IMG/VR virus record: IMGVR_UViG_3300032236_001082
Location: 48,159-112,158 of that record
From: a virus
Reading direction: 5' to 3' (one strand)
DNA length: 64,000 bases
Part shown: positions 23,804-33,632 of the stretch, one piece after another
Layout of the letters: every line of letters begins with the position of its first letter
How positions within the stretch are numbered: the first letter of the stretch is position 1
The notes under the pieces: generated by a model
What the model was told of the DNA's origin: nothing
Database searches by the model: none
What the model saw: the letters and a program-made list of their open reading frames with translations, nothing else
Translations under genes and position numbers: made by a program

Positions 23804-23986
23804 TTATCTACCATTGTCCGTTTTATAGAAGCCAGAGCCTTTAAACTGTATCCCTGCTGGAGTGTAAACACGCACCATCTTATACCCACATGATTGGCAG
23901 GGTGGGATAACCTCTGGATCATTAAACGATCTTGTTACTTCTTTAGTTTCTTCACACTCAACACAAGTGTATTCATATACTGGCAT
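23804..23986 (-). CDS. FmdB-family zinc-ribbon protein
   Basis: MPVYEYTCVEC...CQSCG...FKGSGFYKTD. Confidence 0.9.
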   Translation of the reverse strand: MPVYEYTCVECEETKEVTRSFNDPEVIPPCQSCGYKMVRVYTPAGIQFKGSGFYKTDNGR

Positions 23987-23988
23987 AC

Positions 23989-24135
23989 TTACCTCTTCTT
24001 TAATATTCCATGCTTTTCAAGATAACGCTGAATTGTCATATGACTGCATCCAGCTTCTTTTGCTATAGTAACGATATCTTTTCTTTCAACAACATATCGT
24101 TTATATAACCAATCTTTTGACTCATAAAGCTTCAT
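23989..24135 (-). CDS. small HTH DNA-binding protein (48 aa; not in ORF track)
   Basis: MKLYESKDWLYKRYVVERKDIVTIAKEAGCSHMTIQRYLEKHGILKKR. Confidence 0.75.
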   Translation of the reverse strand: MKLYESKDWLYKRYVVERKDIVTIAKEAGCSHMTIQRYLEKHGILKKR

Positions 24136-24652
24136 TTGCTGCCCACCATGCTATTGCCGTTGCATCAGAGACATTATCACTTTGAACCTCAACGCCAAGC
24201 GTTCTAGCAAAATCCAATGTTCTTTGCTTTCTTCTCTCACGAATTTTTCCTTTGATCCAAGTATCAGATTTTCCTGGGAACTCGGCTCGGATTGATTCTT
24301 TTTGAGCTTTTGTAAAATTGGTGTTACCGATATAACTTTGCCATTTAATGGGATGGACTTCAACAACTTTAGTATCATCATCCATCAACTCTCCCATTAT
24401 TGTTCCAAACATATAAGCCATCTTTAATCCCGTAGCAACAGACTTTACAGATACGGCAGCCTCTATACATATTATATCATATTTTAGTTTACTTTTAATT
24501 GCTCGTACTTTTCGTTTAGCATCTAAGATTCTTTCATAAACGCTAGCCCCATGAAAAGTTATTTCTCCCCACTGAACTGGCTTTTTGCCAACCATCAAAC
24601 AGAATGCAATAGAGTTGGTACTTGAGTCTATACCAAGTACCCTAGTTGCCAT
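24122..24652 (-). CDS. ruvC: RuvC-like Holliday junction resolvase
   Basis: VLGIDSS, CIE, HPIKWQ, DNVSDATAI. Confidence 0.85.
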   Translation of the reverse strand: MATRVLGIDSSTNSIAFCLMVGKKPVQWGEITFHGASVYERILDAKRKVRAIKSKLKYDIICIEAAVSVKSVATGLKMAYMFGTIMGELMDDDTKVVEVHPIKWQSYIGNTNFTKAQKESIRAEFPGKSDTWIKGKIRERRKQRTLDFARTLGVEVQSDNVSDATAIAWWAANEAL

Positions 24653-24923
24653 TTAACATCTCCAAAAGACTCTGACGTTCCTGCTCTTTTTCTTTAGCCC
24701 TACAAACTTCACAAGTGGTATTAACAGTAAACTTGTTAAGTACCTGGTTGCATCCACGGTTAGCGCAAATAAACTTTTCTCCTGCCAGCCTAGCTTTTTT
24801 ATAATAATACTTTTCTTTAATCTTTAAATTAGTAGCTATCTTGCAACATTCGTCACAGCAGTACTTTTGATTATGAGTTCTTGGCTCAAAAGGGTTTTCG
24901 CACCCTTCTCTTGAACATATCAT
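24642..24923 (-). CDS. Cys-rich zinc-binding protein
   Basis: Multiple CxxxxC/CxxC motifs, QKYCCDEC. Confidence 0.65.
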   Translation of the reverse strand: MICSREGCENPFEPRTHNQKYCCDECCKIATNLKIKEKYYYKKARLAGEKFICANRGCNQVLNKFTVNTTCEVCRAKEKEQERQSLLEMLNGN

Positions 24924-25702
24924 AAAGCAGTCTCCATGGCTGGATACTCTACTTCTCCCTCATCGTTCTTCATGTCTTTCCAGCAAACCTTTTTAACTGG
25001 GCAGTACTTGCATGCGGTTTGAGATTTAGTAAATGCTCTATTTGGCAAAGTTTCAGCCAGATAAAGATCATACACTCCACGAAGCCAATCAAATACATAG
25101 TCTATTAACTTTGTATTCTCATCGTCCATTTGGATATTTATAAGAAGAAGAGATTGATCGTTTTTGTTTTCATAAGCAAAGACACCTTGCTTGTATCCCC
25201 AAATTTTCATATAAGATAGCAATTGTATTCTATGGTTATCCGAAGGCTGCAGATCGTATTGCTTAATTGAATACTGCTCATCCTTGGCTGATTTAATTTC
25301 AAAAGGAATCAACAGATCATTTTCTATATCTTGAATTAAGCTATCCATATACCCATGGATAGGGGGATCTTGGTACCATGTATCTATTTCATGAGCAATA
25401 ACTTTATAGTTACCATTCATTTTGCTCATTCTAGATTGAATTCGATCATGAACAAAGTTTCCATTTTCCATGGCAGCTTTTGCTGAAGGCCCTGCGTTAT
25501 CTTCAAACTCAGCACCGTTAAAAGCTATGTACCAATATCTTGCACATTTGCCATGCCCATAACCAAGTGTACTTGGAGAAAAAGTTTTCTTTTCAGTAAA
25601 CCCAGCCTTGCTTTCATAAGTATCGTTAAACTCTTGAATAAACCTTTTGGTATCAAAACCATTAGGCTTCTTATGAATCTGTAGTGTTGTTATGCTTCCC
25701 AA
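24920..25702 (-). CDS. Cas4-like PD-(D/E)XK exonuclease
   Basis: SPS..CAR, G...H, GYMD, EIKS, Q..Y, CKYCPVKKVC; no CRISPR array nearby. Confidence 0.85.
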   Translation of the reverse strand: MGSITTLQIHKKPNGFDTKRFIQEFNDTYESKAGFTEKKTFSPSTLGYGHGKCARYWYIAFNGAEFEDNAGPSAKAAMENGNFVHDRIQSRMSKMNGNYKVIAHEIDTWYQDPPIHGYMDSLIQDIENDLLIPFEIKSAKDEQYSIKQYDLQPSDNHRIQLLSYMKIWGYKQGVFAYENKNDQSLLLINIQMDDENTKLIDYVFDWLRGVYDLYLAETLPNRAFTKSQTACKYCPVKKVCWKDMKNDEGEVEYPAMETAL

Positions 25703-26029
25703 TTAAACCCCATATCTAGCTGAGTACTTTAGGGCATCAACTAACTTGTCTACTGCTTCTGCTGCTGTGTAATATGCGTTCTTTTTCTTTGAAGACTCCC
25801 CACCCTTTTCAAAGGTGGTATAGTATCTAGCTTGGATAGCAAACTTAGAACTTATTGCTTGAAGCTTTACTATTAGGTCTGGGGCTTTGGCAGATGGAAC
25901 ATCTGGCTTAGCTATTAGCTTAATAATAAGAGCCATTGCTTCATCTAAATCTTTATCCTGCATGTATTCAGATAAATCATTAAATTCAGTTACTGCACTT
26001 ATTTGCTCTAAAACTGTTGTCTCTGCCAT
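25703..26029 (-). CDS. helical hypothetical protein
   Basis: ORF track, recombination module. Confidence 0.7.
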   Translation of the reverse strand: MAETTVLEQISAVTEFNDLSEYMQDKDLDEAMALIIKLIAKPDVPSAKAPDLIVKLQAISSKFAIQARYYTTFEKGGESSKKKNAYYTAAEAVDKLVDALKYSARYGV

Positions 26030-26035
26030 TTTATA

Positions 26036-26500
26036 TTACTTTAGCCCGTCCTGAATCATTTCTTCTAGCTCTTCTGGAGCTAACTGTGGATCATAATTTC
26101 TAACTGCTTCATTCTGAAAAACTAAAAACTTTTCAAAATTCCAACTGATATCTTTTATTCCAACAGCATCTTTAAGGTGCTGATAGATCGGGTGAGTATT
26201 TTCTCCATTAACATCAATTTTTGAAGCAAGTGTAAATGTAACATCAAAGTTAGTATGACAGAATTCTTTAATTTCAGCATCAGAACCTGGCTCTTGTTCA
26301 GCAAATTGATTGCATGGGAAACCAATAACTACAAATCCTCTATCCTTGTATTTCTTATACAAAGACTCTATACCAGCATACTGCGAAGTCAATCCACACT
26401 TGCTTGCTACGTTAACAATAAGAATAATCTTATCTCTAAAATCATTCATGCTAACTGTGTTACCAGAATTATCTATAAAAGTATAATCATATATGCTCAT
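26036..26500 (-). CDS. glutathione peroxidase-family peroxidase (Cys type)
   Basis: VNVASKCGLT, GFPCNQF..QEPG, WNFEKFL. Confidence 0.95.
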   Translation of the reverse strand: MSIYDYTFIDNSGNTVSMNDFRDKIILIVNVASKCGLTSQYAGIESLYKKYKDRGFVVIGFPCNQFAEQEPGSDAEIKEFCHTNFDVTFTLASKIDVNGENTHPIYQHLKDAVGIKDISWNFEKFLVFQNEAVRNYDPQLAPEELEEMIQDGLK

Positions 26501-26513
26501 TTATTTTCCTTTT

Positions 26514-27311
26514 CTATTTATTTCTATAGTATTTTGGGTCTTGCCAAGATGATTTAATTCTTTCTTCTTCCATCTTTTGCCAGACTTCCTTGCCGTACTT
26601 CTTTTCATTATCTAACCATTCTGGAGAGCCTTTATATTCCCAGAACCAAAACATCCTTAACAAATACTTATTACCAGTCTTAATCTTAAAAACACCATGA
26701 TAATAGGGATCGCCTGAAGGAAATACAGTTATATCACCTGCTTTTGGTTTATATACAATTGTATCACCAGTTGTATCATCTAAAAATGAAATCTCCCCAC
26801 CTTCATAGTTGTCATTAATATAAAGTGTAAAGGTTATAATAAACTTATTACCAGGGCTATCCTTATCATATTCATGGTTGTCCGTATGAAAATTCATAGC
26901 ATATGGCAAGCTATCATCTGACACATCATATTTCAAGAAAGAAATTCTTCCATCTTCCCACCTTGAATCTTCAAGGTCCCAAGTCTCAATATAATCTGGC
27001 CATTGCCCTACTGTTGACCAATCATCCATGTAGTCTTTTGTAACTTTATAAAAAACATCATAGATTTCATTAATCATTTCTTTTTCTTCAAAATTAAAAG
27101 TGCCTGGCTTTTCTTCATTTTTTGTAATTGCTTTGGCAATTCTTTTTTTATCTTCACACATAGTCCCAAGATTAGACCATTTGCCCCAGCTTGTTCTATG
27201 ATATGTTTCTGGAAGAGATTCAGTTTTTTTAATAGTCTCAAACAAACTATTAATATCTTTAAAACAATCTCTATAGACCATTATCTTAGGCTTTAGTTGC
27301 TGTTTATTCAA
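26514..27311 (-). CDS. 2OG-Fe(II) oxygenase (P4Hc-like)
   Basis: HTD, LYINDNYEGGEI, YKPKAGDITVFPS, HGV. Confidence 0.88.
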   Translation of the reverse strand: MNKQQLKPKIMVYRDCFKDINSLFETIKKTESLPETYHRTSWGKWSNLGTMCEDKKRIAKAITKNEEKPGTFNFEEKEMINEIYDVFYKVTKDYMDDWSTVGQWPDYIETWDLEDSRWEDGRISFLKYDVSDDSLPYAMNFHTDNHEYDKDSPGNKFIITFTLYINDNYEGGEISFLDDTTGDTIVYKPKAGDITVFPSGDPYYHGVFKIKTGNKYLLRMFWFWEYKGSPEWLDNEKKYGKEVWQKMEEERIKSSWQDPKYYRNK

Positions 27312-27615
27312 TGTTATTATTTTCCCAACACTCTACCATTTGTTCAAACAAAGCCCATTCAATTACAGCTAATCTAGTTTTCTGACCAGTTTCACCAAGT
27401 ATAAGTTTAAGAACTGGATACTTTTCTCTAGAAACTTTAAACGTATCTGTGCAGATCTTTGCCCAAATTTCTTTACTGATGGAGATTGATTTTGAATACT
27501 CTTTATAGTCAACCACAAAATCATGCCATGTAGAATCTCCTTTTTGGTATTGCCCCCGACCAGAGTTCTTCTGTGCTTTTGCGCCATCTCGTTTTATTTC
27601 CCCACGCTCTGACAT
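27304..27615 (-). CDS. Hjc-type PD-(D/E)XK resolvase-like protein
   Basis: E......A....NSG....KGD...VVDYK. Confidence 0.7.
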   Translation of the reverse strand: MSERGEIKRDGAKAQKNSGRGQYQKGDSTWHDFVVDYKEYSKSISISKEIWAKICTDTFKVSREKYPVLKLILGETGQKTRLAVIEWALFEQMVECWENNNIE

Positions 27616-27616
27616 G

Positions 27617-27793
27617 TTATCCTAACTGATGTTCTGATCTATGACCTTGTGAGCATAGCCAAAAAAACATAGCTTTATTTTTATCCCACCAAGCATGGTC
27701 CATATCTTCTTTGCAATACTTACATCCGTATGTGCCGAATATCTTTTCACAACCTGGCTGATCTTGATTTACAAAATTACTAAATTTTCCCAT
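27617..27793 (-). CDS. small Zn-binding protein (58 aa; not in ORF track)
   Basis: Manual translation includes CKYC and WLCSQGH. Confidence 0.65.
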   Translation of the reverse strand: MGKFSNFVNQDQPGCEKIFGTYGCKYCKEDMDHAWWDKNKAMFFWLCSQGHRSEHQLG

Positions 27794-27795
27794 TA

Positions 27796-28131
27796 TTATT
27801 TTTTATAGAATGGGCTGCTGTAATCTATATAGCCCACCTCTAGATTTCCTCTCGTACATTGGAACCCAAGTGCATCATCAGGTTTAAATCCATCATCTTC
27901 ATACATAAGTTCAAAGCCAAACTCATCAGTTTCTCTGTTATATGTAACGCACATAGCACTACCATTATTTGTTATAAAATCATTTGGCCAAACTTGCTCG
28001 TTAAGCAGTTCGTCAAACATGGAAGCTGGAACTGACAGCTTGCCGTTATGTTTTAATATAGCAACTAAAGCTGACGTAGCTCTGAGTCTTTGGAATACTT
28101 CTTCTAGCTGAGATTGATCTGCTTCTTTCAC
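27796..28131 (-). CDS. hypothetical protein
   Basis: ORF track. Confidence 0.6.
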   Translation of the reverse strand: MKEADQSQLEEVFQRLRATSALVAILKHNGKLSVPASMFDELLNEQVWPNDFITNNGSAMCVTYNRETDEFGFELMYEDDGFKPDDALGFQCTRGNLEVGYIDYSSPFYKK

Positions 28132-29075
28132 TTTACATCTACCCCATCAATATAAATTTCTTTGTTGACAAATAGTGGAGGATTTGGGTTATTTACATCT
28201 GGGGTGTTACCCTCAAAAACAACCTGTCTTCCTACCGAGCCAGAATCAACAACATTCTTAAGTCTTTCATTTTCTATCTCTAAAAATCTTGTTGGCCCGT
28301 AGATACGTATTCCATCCATCCACTTTTGAGTTATTGGTAGTCTAAGTATAGCAAATGTTCTTATAAAAATTTTACTCTCATCAGAAGTGACAGCCCTAGC
28401 ACCATGCCAATAAGGTCTACCTGCGGGGAACACTGTTATATCGCCAGCTTTTGGCTTGTACACAATAAGACTTTTATTTTCTTCATCTACAAAGTCTATC
28501 TCACCGCCTGCATAATCATCGTTTAGATAAATTGTATAAGTTAATATCTGCTTGGGTCCTGGCTCATCATCTCTATGATTATGCCAATCAGTGTGAACTC
28601 CAATAGTGTATTTTGAATCAATGTTTTTTCTATGCTTTAGAATTTCTAAAGTAGAAAGAACCATTTCATCGTCTTCTGTAGTTCCAATTGACCAATCATT
28701 AATTTTATAGGGCCATCTTCCAGACTCCGCATAATCTTTACAGTAGTCATCATGACATTTTAAAATAGCATCATTAAGCAACCTAAACCCTAAAGCCTGA
28801 TTATCTTGCTCATCATTAGAGTTTGGATATCCCCAAATGCTTCTTGATCCATAAGTGTACCAAGGAGCCCAAGTAAATATAAGTGAACCATCTTCTCTTT
28901 TTTGTGGTTGTGGACCATGCTTATCTAAATAAGCTGAATCATCTGGATTCGCATAGTCCATACCGCTAATAGATTGTTCTGAATTGCGAATTTCTTTTAA
29001 TAGTAAAGCCAAGTCATCCTCAGAGAATGCTCCCCGATAAACAGTAACTTGATCCATCACATTAATCTTTTGCAT
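28128..29075 (-). CDS. 2OG-Fe(II) oxygenase (P4Hc-like)
   Basis: HTD, IYLNDDYAGGEI, YKPKAGDITVFPA, HGA. Confidence 0.88.
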   Translation of the reverse strand: MQKINVMDQVTVYRGAFSEDDLALLLKEIRNSEQSISGMDYANPDDSAYLDKHGPQPQKREDGSLIFTWAPWYTYGSRSIWGYPNSNDEQDNQALGFRLLNDAILKCHDDYCKDYAESGRWPYKINDWSIGTTEDDEMVLSTLEILKHRKNIDSKYTIGVHTDWHNHRDDEPGPKQILTYTIYLNDDYAGGEIDFVDEENKSLIVYKPKAGDITVFPAGRPYWHGARAVTSDESKIFIRTFAILRLPITQKWMDGIRIYGPTRFLEIENERLKNVVDSGSVGRQVVFEGNTPDVNNPNPPLFVNKEIYIDGVDVK

Positions 29076-29076
29076 G

Positions 29077-30075
29077 TTAACCGTATATTTCTTTCTTTAA
29101 AGACTCTACAACTTCTGGGTTTTCTCTTAGATACTCTAAGGCTTTGTTTCTACCCTGGAATCTTTCTTCACCTATAGTATACCATGCCCCGCCTTTTTGA
29201 ATTTTACCCATCATTTCGGCAGAGTCAAGAACTTCTCCTATTGAATCAATTCCGACTTTATCTCCTTGGTAGTAAAAATCATATTGACCGCTTTGGCCCA
29301 TTGGTCCAAGTTTATTGTAGTCAACGATCCAGTTAACGGGCCTGCCAACTTTTTGTTCAATGATCTTATCACCAACTGGGATTCCAGCCTTAATAGCATT
29401 TGCCTCAGCTTCGGAAGACCAAAGCTTGATAATGGTGCTGGAGAAAAACTTAACTGCCATGCCCCCTGTCGGGATATGCGACGCATGCATAGTACCAAAC
29501 TGGTTTCTCTGCTGAGAAATAAGAACGAGTAACGTATTTTTGTTTGCGTAGTTAAGCATTTTGACTGCATGTGTCATGTCCTTTGCTTCTGCACCAATTT
29601 GCTTGGTGTCTTCTAATTTCTTTAAATCATTGCTATCTTTTTCAAAATAAATAGCTGGTAGCAATGCTGAAATAGAGTCAACAACAATTATATCAACACC
29701 CGCATCCATAAGTTGCGTTGCAACATCAACCATGTCATTAATACTTTTAGCCGAAGAATAAATAAGGGAAGATGAATCTACTCCAAGCTCTGCTGCCCAC
29801 TGGGGGTCATAGGAAGACTCTGCATCAATCCATGCACAAGTCTTTCCTTCTTTTTGAGCCATACCAATCATCTGCAAGCAAAAAGAAGATTTACCTGCAG
29901 ATTTGTTTCCCCAAATAAGAACTTGTCTACCAAAGCCAAGACCGCCTTTGAGTGCTAATGTTAATCCTATGCTTGGTGTCTTTTGTCGCTCAGAACTCAC
30001 ATCAGTAGCAAGTTGTATTCTTTGTCTAGTTTTTGGATCTAGACTTGCTAATATTTTATCTGCTACTACAGTCAT
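29077..30075 (-). CDS. recA: RecA/UvsX-like recombinase
   Basis: GNKSAGKS, AWIDAE, IVVDS, ISQQR, PTGG, KGGAWY. Confidence 0.93.
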   Translation of the reverse strand: MTVVADKILASLDPKTRQRIQLATDVSSERQKTPSIGLTLALKGGLGFGRQVLIWGNKSAGKSSFCLQMIGMAQKEGKTCAWIDAESSYDPQWAAELGVDSSSLIYSSAKSINDMVDVATQLMDAGVDIIVVDSISALLPAIYFEKDSNDLKKLEDTKQIGAEAKDMTHAVKMLNYANKNTLLVLISQQRNQFGTMHASHIPTGGMAVKFFSSTIIKLWSSEAEANAIKAGIPVGDKIIEQKVGRPVNWIVDYNKLGPMGQSGQYDFYYQGDKVGIDSIGEVLDSAEMMGKIQKGGAWYTIGEERFQGRNKALEYLRENPEVVESLKKEIYG

Positions 30076-30078
30076 GTA

Positions 30079-30345
30079 TTATTCTGCTAATTCTTCTGGC
30101 TGGATTGAATCAATATCAACAAGCTCAAATGTAACCGACTTATCTTCTAGTTGATTAACTGAAATTGTTTTTGTAGAGTAGTTTGCAACAAGGTCTTCTA
30201 AGACAATATTAGTCTTGCCAACCTTATTTAAAATTGCTGCTAAGATCTGCTCAACGCTGATATTAACGTCATTTGCTGCTGGTACTGCTTCTACTGCGTC
30301 AACAATATTAGATTCTACTGCTGACTGTGTTGTTTCATCTGTCAT
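30079..30345 (-). CDS. hypothetical protein
   Basis: ORF track. Confidence 0.6.
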   Translation of the reverse strand: MTDETTQSAVESNIVDAVEAVPAANDVNISVEQILAAILNKVGKTNIVLEDLVANYSTKTISVNQLEDKSVTFELVDIDSIQPEELAE

Positions 30346-33300
30346 TTTATATCCTTTACGAATTTGGTTCCATCGTCTAACTCTGCAACAATGGGGGAAC
30401 AGAAAGATCCTGCTTTCATCTTTCCTAAAGCTAACGTGTAAGTCTTTGGAAAAGCAATTACACGATACATCTGTTTTTGATTATCACAATATATTATGTG
30501 AGCCATCATTTTCTTTTGTTTTGTTTGATAGTGGGTAAAATCAACCACATAAGAATCCTTATTATCTGGAATCTCAAACTCTTTAATATGTAAATAGTTA
30601 ATAAACGGATCATCTTTCTTCTCCACTACATCTGCTATTGTAACATATCTGTGAATTCTATTATCACCAACTAAGAAGAAATACATATTTCCCGTCTCAA
30701 TTTGTGTGTTTTCACTGTGGAAAATACCAATTGCACCAGTGTCATCAACAAGCTCTACACGTGACCAACCCTTACCCTTCTTGATTGATTTAACCATCGC
30801 ACAAAGGATAAACGTTCCCTCTTCAAGGAACTCTTCTAATGGAGTTACCTGAGATCTAATATGGGCTGTTATGCCACGAGTATCAAATTTTGGAATATTT
30901 AAGTACTCATAATAATTTTCAGATTCTTTTCCAGTGCGCTTGTTATCTTCAAACGTTGCTGCACCGATGGCATTTAAAGAATCTATAGCTCTTGAGTTAA
31001 TGCCAGATTTCTTTTCCTGAGCTACCTGGAGCAAATGTGCGTAAGAGGTATAAGGACCAGCATTAATAATCTTTTTTCCAATTGTCTCTGATATGAACTT
31101 GATGTCGGACAGGCCAAATCGAATAGAGTTGCCTTGAATAGTAAAGTCTAATCCTGATTCGTTGACATGGGGTAAGAGAATCTTAATACCAAGTCTTTTG
31201 GCTTCAATGAGATATTCTGTTCTTGTGTCCTTGTTACCTTCGTTTTTGAGAAGAGCAAATACAAATTCAGTTGGGTAATAATGTTTAAGCCAAGCAGTCC
31301 AATAGCTAAGCATAGAGTAAGCAACAGCGTGGGAACGATTAAAAGAATACCCAGCGTGAGCCTCAAAATCGTGCCAAAGTTGCTCAGCATCTTCTTTAGA
31401 AATGTAACGCTTTGCGCCTTCGATAAACTTATCTTTGAATACATCGAACTCCTTTGCATCTTTCTTTTTACCAATGATCTTTCTTACTTTATCAGCTTCA
31501 GACCACGACATCCCGCCCAAGTGTACGCAAGCCTGCATAACCTGTTCCTGATAAATAATAACTCCGTATGTACGCTCTGTGAACGGCTTCATGATTGGGT
31601 GGCTATAGGTAGTCATCTTTTCCCCACGCTTACGTGCAAGGTACTCTGCACCCACCGTATTCATAGCACCTGGACGAACCAAAGCATTAGAGGCAACCAA
31701 GTCTTCAAAATTATCAACGCCCATCTTTATCAACAAATTGGTGTATGGCGTTGCTTCAGCTTGGAATACACCTTTGGTAAATCCAGCATTTAAATCATCA
31801 AACACAAGCTTATCATTTAAGTCTAAAGCATTTAAATCAATATCAACTTTGTGACGCTCTTTAACCATTTTGACGGTATCTTGAATTACCGATAAGGTCT
31901 TAAGACCCAAAACGTCAAACTTAATCAAACCAATATCTGCTGCCTGATCCATATCATAAGCAACTACTGGTACACGACCAGACACATCATCGTCTTTATC
32001 ACTTCTAGATTCAATGGGAGCATACTTAGAAATTGGTTCTTTAGCCACCACAACTCCCGCTGCGTGAATACCTACGGAACGGATTCTGCCTCGCAAATCA
32101 GAAGCAAACTTTAGAACCTCTGGATACTTTTGTTTAAACCAATCAACATTTTTGTTAGACTCAAACTCTTCAAAAGTTTCAACGCCCTTAAGAGCTTTAT
32201 TGATTTCTCCAAGAGGTACATCAAAGACACGACCCGCATCTCTTACAACACCTTTATCCTTAAAGTATTGATAGGTTGAGATAGAGGCAACATTCTTAAA
32301 CTTTTTACGCAAGAACTCTTTTACCTCGCCACGACGGCGATCCATAAAGTCTGTATCAATATCTGGGAAGTCATTACGCTCTGGGTTAATGAATCTAAAG
32401 AAAAGCAAATCATATTTAATAGGATCTACTTCTGTAATGCCAAGCAGATAGCAGACTAGAGATCCTGCTGCAGATCCACGTCCTGGCCCAACCATGATTT
32501 CATTTTCTTTAGCCCAACGTACCATGTCGCCAACAACAAGAAAATAACTACTAAATTCCTTGTCCTTGATAACAGTAAGTTCTTCTTTAAGTCTTTCTTT
32601 GTATTCTTCATTATCTAATCCTTTTTCTTTTAGAGTATCGTTACACATTTCAATTAACTGCTTATGTGCATCTTTTTTAGGGTTAGGTAGGAGCTGCAGG
32701 TTCTGGTGGAATTCATACTCCTCAACCTTGTCAGCGATTTCCTGAGTATTTGTGTAAATGCTTTGATCCCAATCATCACCAAAATCAGATGAGATTTCTT
32801 TAAAGCTCTGGATATAAACATTAATATCCTGAAAAGAAATTGGACGGTCTGGGTACAGGTGATTAAATCTATCAAAGATATCTTTGTGCTTTTTGCCCGA
32901 CTCATAGTTAACCCCGTCACCAAGATTTGGTTTAGTGGAAAGAATAAGCAAAACCTCTTCTAAAGCCTTTTGGTCTTTTGTTGCATAGTGGCAATCTCCA
33001 GTAGCAACCATTTTGATACCTAGCTCTTTAGATATAAGTCTTTGCCCATCGTTGACCTCTTTGTCATTATGCGACTGCATCTCAAGATAAAAGTCATCGC
33101 CAAATCGGTTTTTAAACCAACGGGCATATTCAAAAGCCTTATCCATATTATTGTTCTGAATAGCCTTTGCAATAAGGCCATTCATACAGCCAGACAATAC
33201 AATAATCCCGTCGCCATACTCATCAAGTATTTCAAGATCAATTCTAGGCTTGCGGTAGTATCCTTCATTCCAAGCAATTTCAGAAAGCTTTTGTAGGTTC

Positions 33301-33614
33301 TTTAAACCTTCGTTATTTTTTGCTAGCAAAATAATATGATTAAACACCTGAGTGTTATCATCACGTTTTTTAATATCTCTCTTATCAAAACGGTCAGTAG
33401 CAGATATATAAGCCTCTAGTCCGAGTATTGGCTTCATCCCCAGCTTTTTAGCTGCAACTTGCATATCTCTATGAGAAGATAGCGTTCCATGGTCTGTAAT
33501 AGCCATTGCTGTTTGTCCTGCATTTTTTGCAGCAGTCAATAGCTCTTCAGGGGAACACAAACCATCCATTAAAGAATAGTGCGAGTGCACATGTAAATGT
33601 GTGAAATTCACCAA
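30342..33614 (-). CDS. dnaE: DNA polymerase III alpha subunit (family C)
   Basis: HLHVHSHYSLMDG PHP domain, GPGRGSAAGSLV, PDIDTDF, KFDVLGL, YSFNRSH. Confidence 0.97.
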   Translation of the reverse strand: MVNFTHLHVHSHYSLMDGLCSPEELLTAAKNAGQTAMAITDHGTLSSHRDMQVAAKKLGMKPILGLEAYISATDRFDKRDIKKRDDNTQVFNHIILLAKNNEGLKNLQKLSEIAWNEGYYRKPRIDLEILDEYGDGIIVLSGCMNGLIAKAIQNNNMDKAFEYARWFKNRFGDDFYLEMQSHNDKEVNDGQRLISKELGIKMVATGDCHYATKDQKALEEVLLILSTKPNLGDGVNYESGKKHKDIFDRFNHLYPDRPISFQDINVYIQSFKEISSDFGDDWDQSIYTNTQEIADKVEEYEFHQNLQLLPNPKKDAHKQLIEMCNDTLKEKGLDNEEYKERLKEELTVIKDKEFSSYFLVVGDMVRWAKENEIMVGPGRGSAAGSLVCYLLGITEVDPIKYDLLFFRFINPERNDFPDIDTDFMDRRRGEVKEFLRKKFKNVASISTYQYFKDKGVVRDAGRVFDVPLGEINKALKGVETFEEFESNKNVDWFKQKYPEVLKFASDLRGRIRSVGIHAAGVVVAKEPISKYAPIESRSDKDDDVSGRVPVVAYDMDQAADIGLIKFDVLGLKTLSVIQDTVKMVKERHKVDIDLNALDLNDKLVFDDLNAGFTKGVFQAEATPYTNLLIKMGVDNFEDLVASNALVRPGAMNTVGAEYLARKRGEKMTTYSHPIMKPFTERTYGVIIYQEQVMQACVHLGGMSWSEADKVRKIIGKKKDAKEFDVFKDKFIEGAKRYISKEDAEQLWHDFEAHAGYSFNRSHAVAYSMLSYWTAWLKHYYPTEFVFALLKNEGNKDTRTEYLIEAKRLGIKILLPHVNESGLDFTIQGNSIRFGLSDIKFISETIGKKIINAGPYTSYAHLLQVAQEKKSGINSRAIDSLNAIGAATFEDNKRTGKESENYYEYLNIPKFDTRGITAHIRSQVTPLEEFLEEGTFILCAMVKSIKKGKGWSRVELVDDTGAIGIFHSENTQIETGNMYFFLVGDNRIHRYVTIADVVEKKDDPFINYLHIKEFEIPDNKDSYVVDFTHYQTKQKKMMAHIIYCDNQKQMYRVIAFPKTYTLALGKMKAGSFCSPIVAELDDGTKFVKDIK

Positions 33615-33632
33615 TACTCCGATTAGTCTAGA

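Noticed and set aside
24920-25702. Cas4 as evidence of CRISPR-Cas
   Set aside because: Solo Cas4-like exonuclease in a recombination module; no other cas genes or array
26036-26500. Selenocysteine in the glutathione peroxidase
   Set aside because: The active-site codon is TGT (Cys)
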